Source: Octopus bimaculoides
Lineage: Eukaryota
Direction: 5' to 3'
NCBI RefSeq assembly: GCF_001194135.2
Contig: NC_068983.1
Coordinates: 22,282,618-22,346,617 of the forward strand
Length of the DNA: 64,000 nucleotides
Numbering within the stretch: position 1 is the stretch's first letter; every line of letters starts with the position of its first letter. Shown here piece by piece: positions 1 to 12,545 of this stretch. The notes below the pieces were generated by a model that did no database searches, was not told where the DNA came from, and saw nothing but the letters and a program-made list of their open reading frames with translations. Position numbers and translations under genes: made by a program.

Positions 1-354
1 TAAACAGTTCAATTAGTACTGGAATATTGGAATCAAGATTAGTTCAAGCCAATTAGATAAGACTTAACTTAATTTTCTTTCCTTTCCTCTTCATAAAAAA
101 ACAAAAATTCCCTTAGAGACCACAAAAGTCCCATCCATTCCACCCACCAGTACCAGCAAAGTAAACAACAGATTTCATTCATATCTACAAGAAAGGATGG
201 TTATATCATCTTAGTAAACTGTTATTGGAGTTTGTCCCATTTCATGCTGAGTCTTAATTAGACAGGGGTTTGCTTGGATTCTTAATTTGTCTTACTTGTA
301 CCTAAATACTAAAACTAAAACAAAAATAACAAAACATTATTAATCTCATCATCA

Positions 355-408
<54 letters not shown>

Positions 409-1884
409 TCATCATCATCATTTAATTAGGCATTAAGCATTAGGAAGTTAATCTTTTTGCTAATGTACACATTTGCTGAAACAAACGAGTGGTTAATAAC
501 ATGATTACTCTTGCCTTGGAACAAGGCCAATAGCTGTTGTTTTCTTTCTTTCTTTCTTTTGTTGTTGTTTTTAAAGAATTACTTAAGGTCTAATAAACTG
601 ACCCAAATTTATTACTGGTATCTTTATTAATTCACAACAGAGGAATTAAGACTAAATTCTGCTTCAGTGTGCAAAGGTTTTAATTGTTTAATGCCAAACC
701 AACTCTGACCAAAGCTATTCCAGTTGTGGCAATGCCATTTTATTTTCAGGTATAGTTTAACTAGGACCCCATTAACAAATTTACATGTTTCCCACCACTT
801 TTTTTTTTTTTTTCTTGTAAAAATAGAAAAGTGGAAGGCTCAATTTGGCTGCTATTTCTAGCTGGTCAGCCACCATATCGAATGGCCATTGGCAAGCTGC
901 AGCCTCCAGCATTTTCTGAATGGTACACCAAATGAAAAATTATCTTGAATTTTTTTTTTTTTAGTAGTAGTATGGCCCACCTATGACAAGTCATGTCAAA
1001 CAAATCACTCACAGTACTGGTAATCATTCTACCAGTCTCTTTTGCCAAACTATTAAGTTATGGGGGTGTAAACAAACCAATACTGTTCATCAAACAGGGG
1101 GGGGGGGGTAGAAACAAATATAAGCACAACACAAACATGATGGGCTTCCACACAGTTTCCATCTATCAAATCCATTCAGAAAGCAATGATCAGCTTGGGG
1201 TTATAGTAGAAGACAGTTTTCCAAGGTGCCACACAGTGGAACTGAACTCAAAACTGCATGGTTGTAAACAGAGCCTCATAACCAAACAGTCATGCCTGCA
1301 TCTATGTATATAGAGAAAAGCAAAGAGATAGATAGAAGAAATCAGAAGATAAAAACAAGTCATATGATTGAGAAAAGAGAGAAAAGAGAGAAAAAAATAA
1401 AAACAAAAATGGGGAAAAAAGAAATAGAGAAAATAAGAAGAAAGAAAAAACAACACAACAGAAAGCAATCAAGAAGAAACCTTATCAAGATTGGATTAAG
1501 TAATCCATGTTGGTAGAATGGAAGTCAAAACAGTTTGTGTAATTAATTTACAGACTGGACAAGATGAAACAACATATTAACACGGGAGGATCTTATAGCA
1601 GGGTAGACTAAATAAACAGAGAAAGACAAAGAGAGAATGAAAGAAAGAAAGAGGTAATATAAAAAGATACAAGAACTAAATAATCCTGTTATGAATCACA
1701 AGAATTCATTAGGCCAGTACTTCACTACAATTTCTGTAGTGTTGATAATAAGATGGAAACATTAATGCATCCCCCCATCCCATTCATTCATCTTCATTCA
1801 TACTTTGTTTTAGCAGTCAATCAACAGAATATCAGAATGTTTTGCAGTATTCATTCCAACTGTCTACAATCTTGAGCTCAAACA

Positions 1885-2809
1885 CAGTAATCCCTCGACT
1901 ATAGCGGGTGTTATGCCCCACACACACACGATAGGGGAAAATCTGTGAAGAAGAAATAGTAGTGTACTATATATATAAATTTTGTTGTTGTTATTTTTAT
2001 AATTTGTATATATTTGTAAAGAATAAAAAGTTTTGAATGGTACAACAATGCACTATAATACAAAAAATGAACTATATACCTGTTGTAATTTAGTTATCCG
2101 TGGAGACACAATGGCCCAGTGGTTAGGGCAGCGGACTCGCGGTCATAGGATCGCGGTTTTGATTCCCAGACTGGGCATTGTGAGTGTTTATTGAGCGAAA
2201 ACACCTAAAGCTCCACGAGGCTCCGGCAGGGGATGGTGGCGAACCCTGCTGTACTCTTTCGCCACAACTTTCTCTCACTCTTACTTCCTGTTTCTGTTGT
2301 GCCTGTAATTCAAAAGTGTCAGCCTTGTCACACTGTGTCACGCTGAATATCCCCGAGAACTACGTTAAGGGTACACGTGTCTGTGGAGTGCTCAGCCACT
2401 TGCACATTAATTTCACGAGCAGGCTGTTCCATTGATCGGATCAACTGGAACCCTCGACGTCGTAAGCGACGGAGTGCCAACAACAACAATTTAGTTATCT
2501 ATAGTCCGATGATATTTCAGAATACAATTCCTTCTTCAGATATTCTTAGATGGAGTCTCGTATTCCAAAATATCATCGGACTATAGATAACTAAATTACA
2601 ACAGGTATATAGTCCATTTTTTGTATTATAGTGCATTGTTGTACCATTCAAAACTTTTTATTCTTTACAAACAATAAACAATGCTTCAAGCGAACTACAA
2701 TACTCTCCTATCTGTATATATTTATTTTATTGTAAATGCAAGACAACGCCACGGAGGAGGAATCGAGGTAAGCTTAAATAATAAACCATGATATGGCGAA
2801 GGATTACTG
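1885..2809. mobile_element. pogo/Tigger-like non-autonomous DNA transposon (MITE) with an internal palindrome, interrupted by a SINE
   Basis: Left TIR CAGTAATCCCTCGAC (1885) and right TIR reverse complement CAGTAATCCTTCGCC (ends 2809) match at 13/15. TA follows the right end and CA precedes the left. Internal inverted arms are 2013-2098 and 2586-2671. Confidence 0.72.
2099..2487 (+). mobile_element. Full-length tRNA-derived SINE with (CAA)n tail and 12-bp TSD
   Basis: A-box TGGCCCAGTGG (2112-2122), B-box-like GGTTTTGATTCC, CAACAACAA tail, and TSD AATTTAGTTATC at 2087-2098 and 2488-2499. Diverged relatives lie at about 36697-37010 (+), 40925-41060 (-) and 49090-49240 (+). Confidence 0.88.
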
Positions 2810-4926
2810 TACTGCTGAGGTCAACTTTACCTTTTATTGTTTCAAAGACATTCACTAAATAAAATACCTGTCAAAAACTGGAGTGGGGGGGGGGGTCTAC
2901 CAGNNNNNNNNNNACTGGAGTGGGGGGGGGGGTCTACCAGGTTTTAAAAATGCCCATGGTAAGCTGTATATCACAACAACACTCTACCAAGGCACACTGT
3001 ATATCACATCAGAGATTGAAGACCTTACTACATTCTGTATAACTTCTCCTGCTCGTCTTCCTCCTCAGGTAAACTAGTCGACAACTTTCACTTGCAATGA
3101 CTTCATATTTCTTGCTCCTCTCTTCCAAATAAAATCTTTCTCCACCCCCACCCACCCCCATCACAAGGATTAACTGTAGATCAAGGAAGGCAACGATAAA
3201 AAAAAGTATCAACAGATGCTATTCCTGAGCAGATGCAATGGTCCAAGCTGATATGCAGACCCCAGGAAATGCAAAAAGCCCAGCAGATACGAACACTGAG
3301 CCTAAGTCTGGGCAAAAGGAGATTCAAAGATTCAAATCTTGATAATAAGAGACTTTTCATGATTCTTCCTACTGAGGCACAAAATCTGAAGAATGGATGG
3401 ATGGGGGAGCTGGTCAGTTATATTGACTCCAGATACTGAAAGCAGAAGTTGACCATGGCAGAATTTGAACTCAAAATGCAAAGCCTGAAAAAATACCACT
3501 AAGCATTTTGTTCGTCATACTAACGATAATTATACAGTAATTAATAGCTCATACACACATTAGGTCTAATTCAATGTGCTTCATAAACATTTGTTTATTA
3601 CACTCATAGCCTTAATGATCTCAGTTTTGAAACTATTACAAAACTAATAGCCAGAGTTCAGTCAGCCAGATCAAACAGACTTATACTGAAAGGCATTCCA
3701 ATCATGACTATTCTGAGTATATGAGAGTATGTTACCTAACAAGTCTTTCCTTTTTCAAAACAGAAGGGGGATACATAGCTTTTGCAAGCAATAAAACAAG
3801 CAACTGATATGTGAAAACAGTAACTGAATAAAAACTAATACAACATAAAATATATGCTTTTAGTTATAGCACCAACTTCTCTTGCATCTGTAGCATAAAA
3901 AACTACAACCAATCCCTGCTGTAAAGTGGTTGGTGATAGCAAGGGCATACAACAGTTAAAAAAGTGTCCGCACCACACCAAAAGAAAAGACATGACTATG
4001 CATAACAGAGAGTGACGATCCCTATGTTGAAATGTGTGATATAACAAAGGGATTGCAACAGAGAATAAGACTCTTGGGCTTGGTTGAGGGCAATATAAAA
4101 TAGAGTTAACCGCTTTGATACCAACCTATCAGAGTCTGCCACTTAGTTCTATTATACAAACTTTCCATTTTAAAGTGATCTAAATTGAAACCTTCCATGG
4201 AAATTTATGTTAATTCATCTTCCAAACAGTAGCTTAATAATGACAAAGTTTTTTAACTAAATTCTTCATTATTTTAAGAATTTAACTGAAATATAGAAAC
4301 AGAACGATTCCACACTTATACACCACAATGACTTGTGGTGTATAAGTGTGGCAACCATGTAAACACCAAGAGAGCATTTTGCCTGGAATAATTCTGTCTC
4401 TTGTTTTTCCTTCTCTATTTCCCTTTCTGTGTCTTATTTCCTATTCTGAAGAAGCGCCCAATGCTTTCCATTTTAATGGAGCATCAAATTAATGATTTTA
4501 GTCATGAACTCAACACATTTTTTTTGGTTTTTGTTCTTCTCTGTCCCTCTCCCCCTTCCTCCTCCCTTTCAGTACACACACACACACACATACAAACACA
4601 CGCATACATGCATGCATAGACACAAACACAGTATCTCAACGACATCTCTCTCCTACCAGCCACCCCCAAATTTACAAACATAACTGATAAGTAAGTAGGT
4701 CTATCTCATAACAACATTGATTTCGCACAGTTTGCACTTCTTAAAGCATATTTATTTTCACTGATAAGGCATGAGTTAATACATACATACATACATAGTT
4801 AGTTCTTGAAGATTTGAGTACACAATATAATTGCTTCTCAAATGTACTTTGTACCTTTTTGCTTAGAACAGAGCTCCTGATTTCTTTTAATTACTAAAAA
4901 TTAAATTACTGGAAATTTGTTGACTT

Positions 4927-5180
4927 CGAGGTCATTGCAGTGCCACTGGACTGGCTCCTGTGCAAACACCATTTGAGCGTGGCCATCGCCAGTACCGTCA
5001 GTGGCATGTAAAAGCACCCACTACACTCTCGGAGTGGTTGGCGTTAGGAAGGGCATCCAGCTGTAGAAATTCTGCCAGATCAGATTGGAGCCTGGTGCAG
5101 CCATCTGGCTCGCCAGTCCTCAGTCAAACCGTCTAACCCATGCCAGCATGGAGAGCAGACGTTAAACGATGATGATGATT
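4927..5180 (+). mobile_element. 3' end of RTE-type LINE (GAT-tailed family)
   Basis: Same 3' sequence (..GGAAGGGCATCCAGCTGTAGAAA..CCATGCYAGCATGGA..GACGTTAAACGATGATGAT) as the tail following the RT fragment at 11879-12175. Confidence 0.8.
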
Positions 5181-5315
5181 ACACACACACATACATACAT
5201 ACATACAAGCCTTAAAGTGAAACCAGTTTGCAGCTCAATGTTGCCAAACAAAAAAGTACATGAACAAAATTATAAACAAATTAAAAACTGAACAAATACA
5301 TGAACTAATACAACT

Positions 5316-5353
<38 letters not shown>

Positions 5354-5590
5354 GTACATTAAATTGCATTACACTTCTAGATTGTTTTTCTTAAGTACAA
5401 AACTCATAACAGTTTAATGCTACATTGAATTACAAAATAAACAGCCAAAATGTTAGATATGTTGTCGCATATCTGTTATACGGGATTAGAAATAGAAATA
5501 TATAAAAATTCATCAAGTGTAAAACTGTAAACTTGATCCTATAAATAGAGTTTTAATATCAACAACAATATTATCAACAACTATAACTAC

Positions 5591-5625
<35 letters not shown>

Positions 5626-5860
5626 TTACTACTACTACAGCTCTACTTGTTTCTAGCATTCTATGTAGATATTAGATGTTGGAAGAAAACAGATGAAAAG
5701 TTAAAAGAAAAGAAGAAGGATATATAAAGAGGTTGTAATGTTTGCAATTTAAACCTCCAGTCAAGAAAACTAAAGGTGCTTTACTTTTCAGAAATGTTAA
5801 GTGCTTACATCTTTCAACAGAGGCAGGAATGCAGCTTCTTTTAAAGTGTAAGAGTGTAAG

Positions 5861-5863
<3 letters not shown>

Positions 5864-5932
<69 letters not shown>
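5864..5932. repeat. (GT)n microsatellite, representative of dozens of di- and trinucleotide arrays in the window
   Basis: Perfect GT array. Others include (ATT)n ~356-406, (GGT)n/(GAT)n ~14890-15038, (AAT)n 23059-23107, (GAT)n ~32849-32895, (GA)n 37675-37733 and (ATT)n 42311-42372. Confidence 0.95.
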
Positions 5933-5933
<1 letters not shown>

Positions 5934-6271
5934 ATGAGTATCATCATTTTAATGTCTGCTTTCCCAAGCTTGTATGGATCAGATGTGATTGGGGGGAAGG
6001 GCAGAATTTCTCTTCCCAACAAACTTCACCAAGTTTTCAAGCAAGGTAATATTTTCCCCTAGCCGAGGCATGATTTTCACAGAAAACAACAAACAAACAT
6101 CGCCACTCATACAACCACACACACACACTTCTTTTCGGTTTCCATCTACCAAATTTACTCACAGGCCCAAGGCTATAGAAGACACTTGCTCAAAGTGCTG
6201 CATAGCGGGACTCAGTCTAACACCACATGGTTACAAAGTCCCACTCTTAACTACACAGTGTTGCCTGTTAA

Positions 6272-6490
6272 CCCTTTAGCATTCAGATTTCTCTGTCAAA
6301 CAGAATACATATTTATTCACATTGTTTTGAATTATCCATACATTATCTTGCAGCTTTGAAATTTCAATTTGGGATTGTTTATTTTTCGCAAGACATTATA
6401 GGGTAGGTGTAAGAAACTGTATTTAGCAAGTTTAAACCTAAAATAAATACAACATTTTGGTTGAACATGGCTCATTTAAATACTAAAGGG
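6272..6490. mobile_element. piggyBac-like MITE, 219 bp, TTAA TSD
   Basis: TTAA|CCCTTTAGCATT ... AATACTAAAGGG|TTAA; TIR 11/12 identical. Relatives lie at about 6845-7006, 10268-10494, 38877-39185, 45745-45870 and 48629-48851. Confidence 0.82.
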
Positions 6491-7224
6491 TTAAAATTTC
6501 ACAGATGCAAACAAAACAATCTGACTCGCTTTGTTCTTTTGCACGTGTGCTAAAAATATGCAAGGTCAAGTCAAAAAGAATATGCAAGGTCAAGTCAAAA
6601 AGAATAATAATTGCCTTATTTGTAATGGAATCAGAGATTTTTCCATATTATCAAAAATGTGACCAACCCATCTTTTTTATACTATCAAATTTTAAAAATT
6701 AGTCTTCAAATTTTCCAATCATGACCTTCTCCCACTAACACCACCATTAGTAAGAATAAAAGCACTTTCCTATACACATATACATGAATGGGAGAGCACA
6801 CAAATCAGTTAATCCTTGAGCATTTACCAGTTTCATTATGTTCAAACTGGTTAGATCTGGCCTATCATACTGACCCTTCAATGTCATTCTATAAACAATC
6901 ACATCATTGACATTTTAAAACTACAAGGTAAAACATGGTTAATTCAAAACAAAGTGTGAATAAACAGGCATAACATTTGACAGAGTACTCTAAATGCTAA
7001 AGGGCTGATTTGAAATTAATATGTAGAGAACTGAGTTACTGAGAATCAGTGCTGTGTTCGTTGGTTTAAAAGTTTTGATTTGTAACTATATTTCTATTAA
7101 CATACAGGGAAGAAAAAAAAATCATATTGGAACAGAAATACCTGAATTATCTCCCTTTAGGTCTGTCCACTTCGCCTGTCATACACGTACCAGACAAAAT
7201 TAATACTGGACTTAATATAATCAA

Positions 7225-7355
7225 TGGGCATCCAGCTATAGAAACTCTGCCAAATCAGATTGGAGCCTGGTGTAGCCATCTGGTTCACCAGTCCTTAGTC
7301 AAATCGTCCAACCCATGCTAGCATGGAAAGCGGACGTTAAACGATGATGATGATG
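7225..7355 (+). mobile_element. Short 3' end of RTE-type LINE (GAT tail)
   Basis: Near-identical to the terminal ~130 nt of 11879-12175, ending GGACGTTAAACGATGATGATG. Confidence 0.8.
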
Positions 7356-9384
7356 AAAGAAAATGAAAAAAAAACTTGAAGCTGGTACTCCAGCATGGCC
7401 ATATACTAATGACAGAGACCATTAAGAAACAATCTACACAAACTCTTTACCTCATATACACACCAAGTGTGTAAGGAGTAATGTAAAATAGATTCTTGCA
7501 ATAGGTAGGAACAGAACAGATAATTATGAGAGAGGAGGTATTACACATGAATAAATTGATTTTCAGGATAAGGTCTGGACTTTGCGTTTTTCAACTGTGG
7601 ATAGCTGACCCTGGCATGAAGGGTGTATTGTATAATGAAATAGAACTAAGCTTAAAAGAACTTATAGTTACTACTAACCAAATATGAGTAATCTAAGAAT
7701 CCGACTGACTCACAGGATATATGCCCTTCCATCACACCATGTTATCACACACATACACACACACACATCATTAAGAATAGGAGGCACTAACAGAAAAATG
7801 GAAATTAAAACTAATTTTCCCAGATCTGAACTTTGACACCTTATTGATTAGGTCAGGCCAAATTTCCAAGAATTTACATAACTAAACACTGAGATGAGAG
7901 TTAAGACTTTATATTGAAGTATAGAAATTTGAAACCAGTGCCATTTGCCACGCCTTGATTAATCATTGGATACAGTGCTGCCTTAACACGAAATGAAATG
8001 GTGCAACATGGAAGGATATGATGATGATGATGATGATGCAGAGTGGAATGGAGATGAACATGCAGGTTTTAGCCGACAAGTGCACCAATGGTAACAAAAT
8101 ATGCAGTTGATGCAAGTATTGTGTATATACAGAATTTGCTTTCTTAGCATGCCATCTCAAGCTCTATCTCATTGTGTGACACCTCAGGCAAATGTAGTCA
8201 CTAGGTGACCAATGTCTGGAGGTTAGTAATAGTAGATATAAACTATATTGAAGTGTNNNNNNNNNNNNNNNNNNNNNNNNNNNNNNNNNNNNNNNGGGGG
8301 GTTACATTGTTTCTTGCATGATCAGCATTGAGCAAAACTTGGTCACATTTGTTGATGTTCCTTTTTTTAAGAGCTCCATGCTTCCAAAGATGAATGGATT
8401 ATAAAATAAAGAATACATTTGACTGTGAAACAAGTAAGAGCTAGCAACAGGAAGGGTATCTGGCTGCAAAACAATACTTCAATACATATTTGTTCCGCCC
8501 ATGCTAGCATGGGAAAATGAACATAAATCAAACAAGCCTTTATATGGTCACTCAACTTGCTAAAGGTATCAGCCAAATTTCCTTTGGACCACACCTCTCC
8601 TCTCATATTAAACAAAGAAAGACCCATTGGATCAAGGTAATACTCTATGAATGAAATAAAAAGCAGTGGGTATGGCTGGAATGTCTCTGACCAAAGGTCT
8701 GCTTAATCAAGACTAACCTGGGGCTAGCAAAAAAAAGAAAAAAATGCAACAGACACTGTTTGATTGAAATCATTGAAGCTGCAGAAAACTAGCTCTTCTC
8801 AGCAAGAATAAATAAATGAACAAATACATAATGTGAACTCTTTGAAACATGTTGAAATAGTTTAATGATTAAAGATATTGGGATAATGACAAATACACCG
8901 TGGCATCTGTGGTTGTGTTTGAGTAGATGTCTTAGCTGCCTTTTATTATAATTCCATTCACATCTAGGATGCTTTATAGCAATATTATGTTGACCACAGT
9001 ACTTGACTTGATACTTGATTTTTATCGATCTCCAGAAGGATGAAAGACAAAGTTGACTCTGACATTACTTAAACACAGAACATAAAAAGCAGAAACTAAA
9101 TACTACAAAACTCTAATGCTCTGGCTGTTCAGACAATCCACTGCCATCATGAGTAATATAAGAGGTTAGCTGTCCAGTTTTAATTATGAGGATGCATGAC
9201 AGAAGAAGTTGAGGTCTCATAATGTGGAATTGGTACAATCTGAGGCAGCAAAGAAAGCTAGCAAAGAAGTGTGCAAGTATTTACATATCAAACAGCTAGA
9301 AATAACCAATTCTTCCTCAAATCACACCCTAATCACTAAACATAAAGGAGGAACACTGTTTTTTTTTTTAATTATAACAGGGGC

Positions 9385-9960
9385 AGGTTGTGTTGCTGTG
9401 TTGTAAGAAGTTTGCTTCCTAACCACAAGGTACCACTGCATGGTACCTTGAGCAAATGTCTTCTACTATAGCCCCAAGCAACCAAAGCCTTGAGTAAATT
9501 TGGTAGGCAGAAACTGAAAGAAGCCAGTCATATATACATATATATATAGGGAGAATTCATGAAAAAACAACAGACGAAGACAGGTGGTGTAAACAACAAA
9601 TGGATGTATTAGTATAACGCTTGGGAATAGAGAAAGTCTTTAACGTTTCGAGCCTACGCTCTTCAACAGAAAGTAACACAGAAAGAAACAAGGAGAGAAA
9701 CAAGGAGAGAAAAAAAATATATGTAGTGGTCATGCCTTTGTGTCTGTGTTTGTCCCCCACCACTGTTGGAAAACTGCTGTTGGTGTGTTTACATCCCCAT
9801 AATTTGGTGGTTTAGCAAAAGGGACTGAGAGAATAAGTACCAAGTTTTTAAAAGAATAAAATAAAACGTCCTTAGGTTGATTCATTTGACTAAAAATTCT
9901 TCAAGGTGGTATCCCAACATGGCTGCAGTCTAATGAGTGAAACAAGATTTTTTTTTTTTT
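9385..9960 (+). mobile_element. tRNA-derived SINE, family A (central GAAACTGAAAGAAGCC domain), diverged
   Basis: Head ..GTGTTGTAAGAAGTTTGCTTCC.., core GCAAATGTCTTCTACTATAGCC..GGTAGGCAGAAACTGAAAGAAGCC, tail CCAACATGGCTGCAGTCTAATGAGTGAAACAAG plus a T-run. Confidence 0.75.
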
Positions 9961-10094
9961 TTTTTTTTTTTTAAGCAGATGGATTGATGGAGCAGAAATT
10001 GGAGATTTGTTCTGTAACCAAAAGTTTATTTACTATGTCTTCCTTGTAGATCCAGAGATAAAAGATTACGCAGTATTTGAGATGTATATATGAG

Positions 10095-10578
10095 CAGAGG
10101 TTCTGAACTGGGGTCAAGATGATCCCTGGGTTTAATATAAGATTTTGTTGTTAAAATTTATCTGCAATAAATTGCTTATACTTCTACAATGCACAAAATA
10201 TTTGAATTTTTTTTGTATAATTCCTAATTATTAATTAATTATAAAAATATAATAATAAGATCTGTAAACTTTTAGCATGCAGATTACTCTCTCAAATGTA
10301 ATGTTTTTTTTTTTTTTAGTCATATTGTTTTGAATTAATCATACATTATATTGTAGCTCAAAGGTGTCAATGATGTGATTGTTTATCTTTAAAAGGACAT
10401 TGTCAGATAAATGTGACAGGCCAGATTTGGCCAGTTTCAAGATAAAACAGGTAGAATATTAGAGTCAGATACGGCCAGTTTAAATGCTAAAGGGTCAAAC
10501 ACTGAATGGCTATGAGAGACCACCCAAGTAGAATAGGGATCAAAGGAGTCCACAAAAAAAAATGGTTGAGAACCACTG
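10095..10578. mobile_element. hAT-superfamily MITE with 8-bp TSD, containing a nested piggyBac-like MITE
   Basis: Ends are CAGAGGTTCTGAAC and GTTGAGAACCACTG (reverse complement CAGTGGTTCTCAAC). Flanks TATATGAG (10087-10094) and TATTTGAG (10579-10586) match at 7/8. Relatives lie at about 61668-61990 and 21530-21600. Confidence 0.75.
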
Positions 10579-10719
10579 TATTTGAGCTTTGAAGTTTCCA
10601 AAATCTCAAAAGACAGGTTGACAGCCAAGAAGATTCCACGTGTGGTAAATCCAGGATCTGTGGAATTGAGCATCAGGAATAAATAATCCAAATTGAATGC
10701 AAAAGTACTTTCAAAAAAC

Positions 10720-11093
10720 GAGGTAGGGGTCCACCAAGGTTCCGTCCTCAGCCCCCTCTTATTTATCATAGTCCTCCAGGCAATCACAGAGGAGTTCAAG
10801 ACAGGTTGCCCCTGGGAGCTCCTCTATGCTGATGACCTTGCCCTAATTGCGGAGTCACTATCAGAACTAGAGGAGAAGTTTCAGGTGTGGAAGCAAGGTC
10901 TAGAATTGAAGGGCCTTAGAGTCAACCTAGCTAAAACCAAAATCCTAATAAGTAGGAAGGTAGATAAAACACAAACCCCTTCAGGTAGATGGCCCTGCTC
11001 AGTATGTAGAAAAGGAGTAGGTAGTAACTCTATAAGATGTACCCGGTGCAAGCTATGGACACATAAGAGGTGCAGCAACATCAAAGGCAGGTT
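10720..11093 (+). pseudogene. Reverse transcriptase fragment of a 5'-truncated RTE-type non-LTR retrotransposon
   Basis: Open frame EVGVHQGSVLSPLLF..CPWELLYADDLAL..GLRVNLAKTK (QG-LSP and YADD motifs) followed by a Cys/His cluster WPCSVCRKGVGSNSIRCTRCKLWTHKRCS; it runs into a 785-N gap. Confidence 0.9.
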
Positions 11094-11878
11094 ANNNNNN
11101 NNNNNNNNNNNNNNNNNNNNNNNNNNNNNNNNNNNNNNNNNNNNNNNNNNNNNNNNNNNNNNNNNNNNNNNNNNNNNNNNNNNNNNNNNNNNNNNNNNNN
11201 NNNNNNNNNNNNNNNNNNNNNNNNNNNNNNNNNNNNNNNNNNNNNNNNNNNNNNNNNNNNNNNNNNNNNNNNNNNNNNNNNNNNNNNNNNNNNNNNNNNN
11301 NNNNNNNNNNNNNNNNNNNNNNNNNNNNNNNNNNNNNNNNNNNNNNNNNNNNNNNNNNNNNNNNNNNNNNNNNNNNNNNNNNNNNNNNNNNNNNNNNNNN
11401 NNNNNNNNNNNNNNNNNNNNNNNNNNNNNNNNNNNNNNNNNNNNNNNNNNNNNNNNNNNNNNNNNNNNNNNNNNNNNNNNNNNNNNNNNNNNNNNNNNNN
11501 NNNNNNNNNNNNNNNNNNNNNNNNNNNNNNNNNNNNNNNNNNNNNNNNNNNNNNNNNNNNNNNNNNNNNNNNNNNNNNNNNNNNNNNNNNNNNNNNNNNN
11601 NNNNNNNNNNNNNNNNNNNNNNNNNNNNNNNNNNNNNNNNNNNNNNNNNNNNNNNNNNNNNNNNNNNNNNNNNNNNNNNNNNNNNNNNNNNNNNNNNNNN
11701 NNNNNNNNNNNNNNNNNNNNNNNNNNNNNNNNNNNNNNNNNNNNNNNNNNNNNNNNNNNNNNNNNNNNNNNNNNNNNNNNNNNNNNNNNNNNNNNNNNNN
11801 NNNNNNNNNNNNNNNNNNNNNNNNNNNNNNNNNNNNNNNNNNNNNNNNNNNNNNNNNNNNNNNNNNNNNNNNNNNNNN

Positions 11879-12175
11879 GGCTCCCGTAGGATTTTCGAGC
11901 GAGATCGTTGCCAGTGCCCCTGGACTGGCTTGTGCGGGTGGCACATAAAAGACACCATTTCGAGCGTGGCCGTTTTCGTGCGGGTGACACGTAAAAGCAC
12001 CCACTACACTCTCTGAGTGGTTGGCGTTAGGAAGGGCATCCAGCTGTAGAAACTCTGCCAAATTAGACTGGAGCCTGGTGTTGCCATCCGGTTTCACCAG
12101 TCCTCAGTCAAATCGTCCAACCCATGCTAGCATGGAAAGCGGACGTTAAACGATGATGATGATGATGATGATGAT
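11879..12175 (+). mobile_element. 3' UTR and (GAT)n tail of the same RTE-type LINE
   Basis: Follows the RT fragment across the gap in the same orientation and ends AAACGATGATGATG. Linkage across the gap is inferred. Confidence 0.8.
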
Positions 12176-12545
12176 GGTTCTGGGTTCAGTCCCACTGCAT
12201 GGCACCTAAGGCAAGTGTCTTCTGCTATAGCCTCAGTCCAAACAAAGCCTTGGGAGTGCATTTGGTAGACAGAAACTGAAAGAAGCCTGTTGTGTGTAAT
12301 GTATGTATATGTGTGTGTCTCCTTGTTTTGACAATATGTGATAGTTAAATGGTTGTTTTGTCATACCATTTTCTTCATTTCCAATATTCTGCAAGAATCC
12401 ATTTGGTTACAGGGAAATATTGTCTTACTTGGAAACAGGTATGGGTTGGCAACCAGAAGGGCATCCAGCCACAAAACAAATAGGCCTCAATAAGCTGTCT
12501 GACCCATACAAGCAGACAAAAAAAAGATGCTAAAATGACAATGGG
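12176..12545 (+). mobile_element. SINE with family-A head/core and an RTE-like 3' tail (family B)
   Basis: GGTTCTGGGTTCAGTCCCACTGC..GGTAGACAGAAACTGAAAGAAGCC followed by GGAAACAGGT..AGAAGGGCATCCAGCC. Same architecture as 59683-60190. Confidence 0.65.

Noticed and set aside
2101-2175. tRNA gene
   Set aside because: A- and B-boxes are present, but the sequence continues into a SINE body with a tail and TSD, and I could not form a proper acceptor stem.
2877-2942. Direct duplication ACTGGAGTG(G)nTCTACCAG on either side of a 10-N gap
   Set aside because: This is the typical signature of unmerged overlapping contig ends at a homopolymer, so it is most likely an assembly artefact.
3233-3439. 68-aa ORF ending ..KRLFMILPTEAQNL.., faintly like a CR1/L2 C-terminus
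   Set aside because: The similarity is too short and degenerate to call without a profile search.
11070-12097. Long ORFs of 290-400 aa in the track here and at 13.0, 18.3, 32.8, 37.5, 43.2, 47.5 and 57.2 kb
   Set aside because: Their length comes from N gaps translated as X. Only the RT fragment at 10720-11093 has real coding signal.
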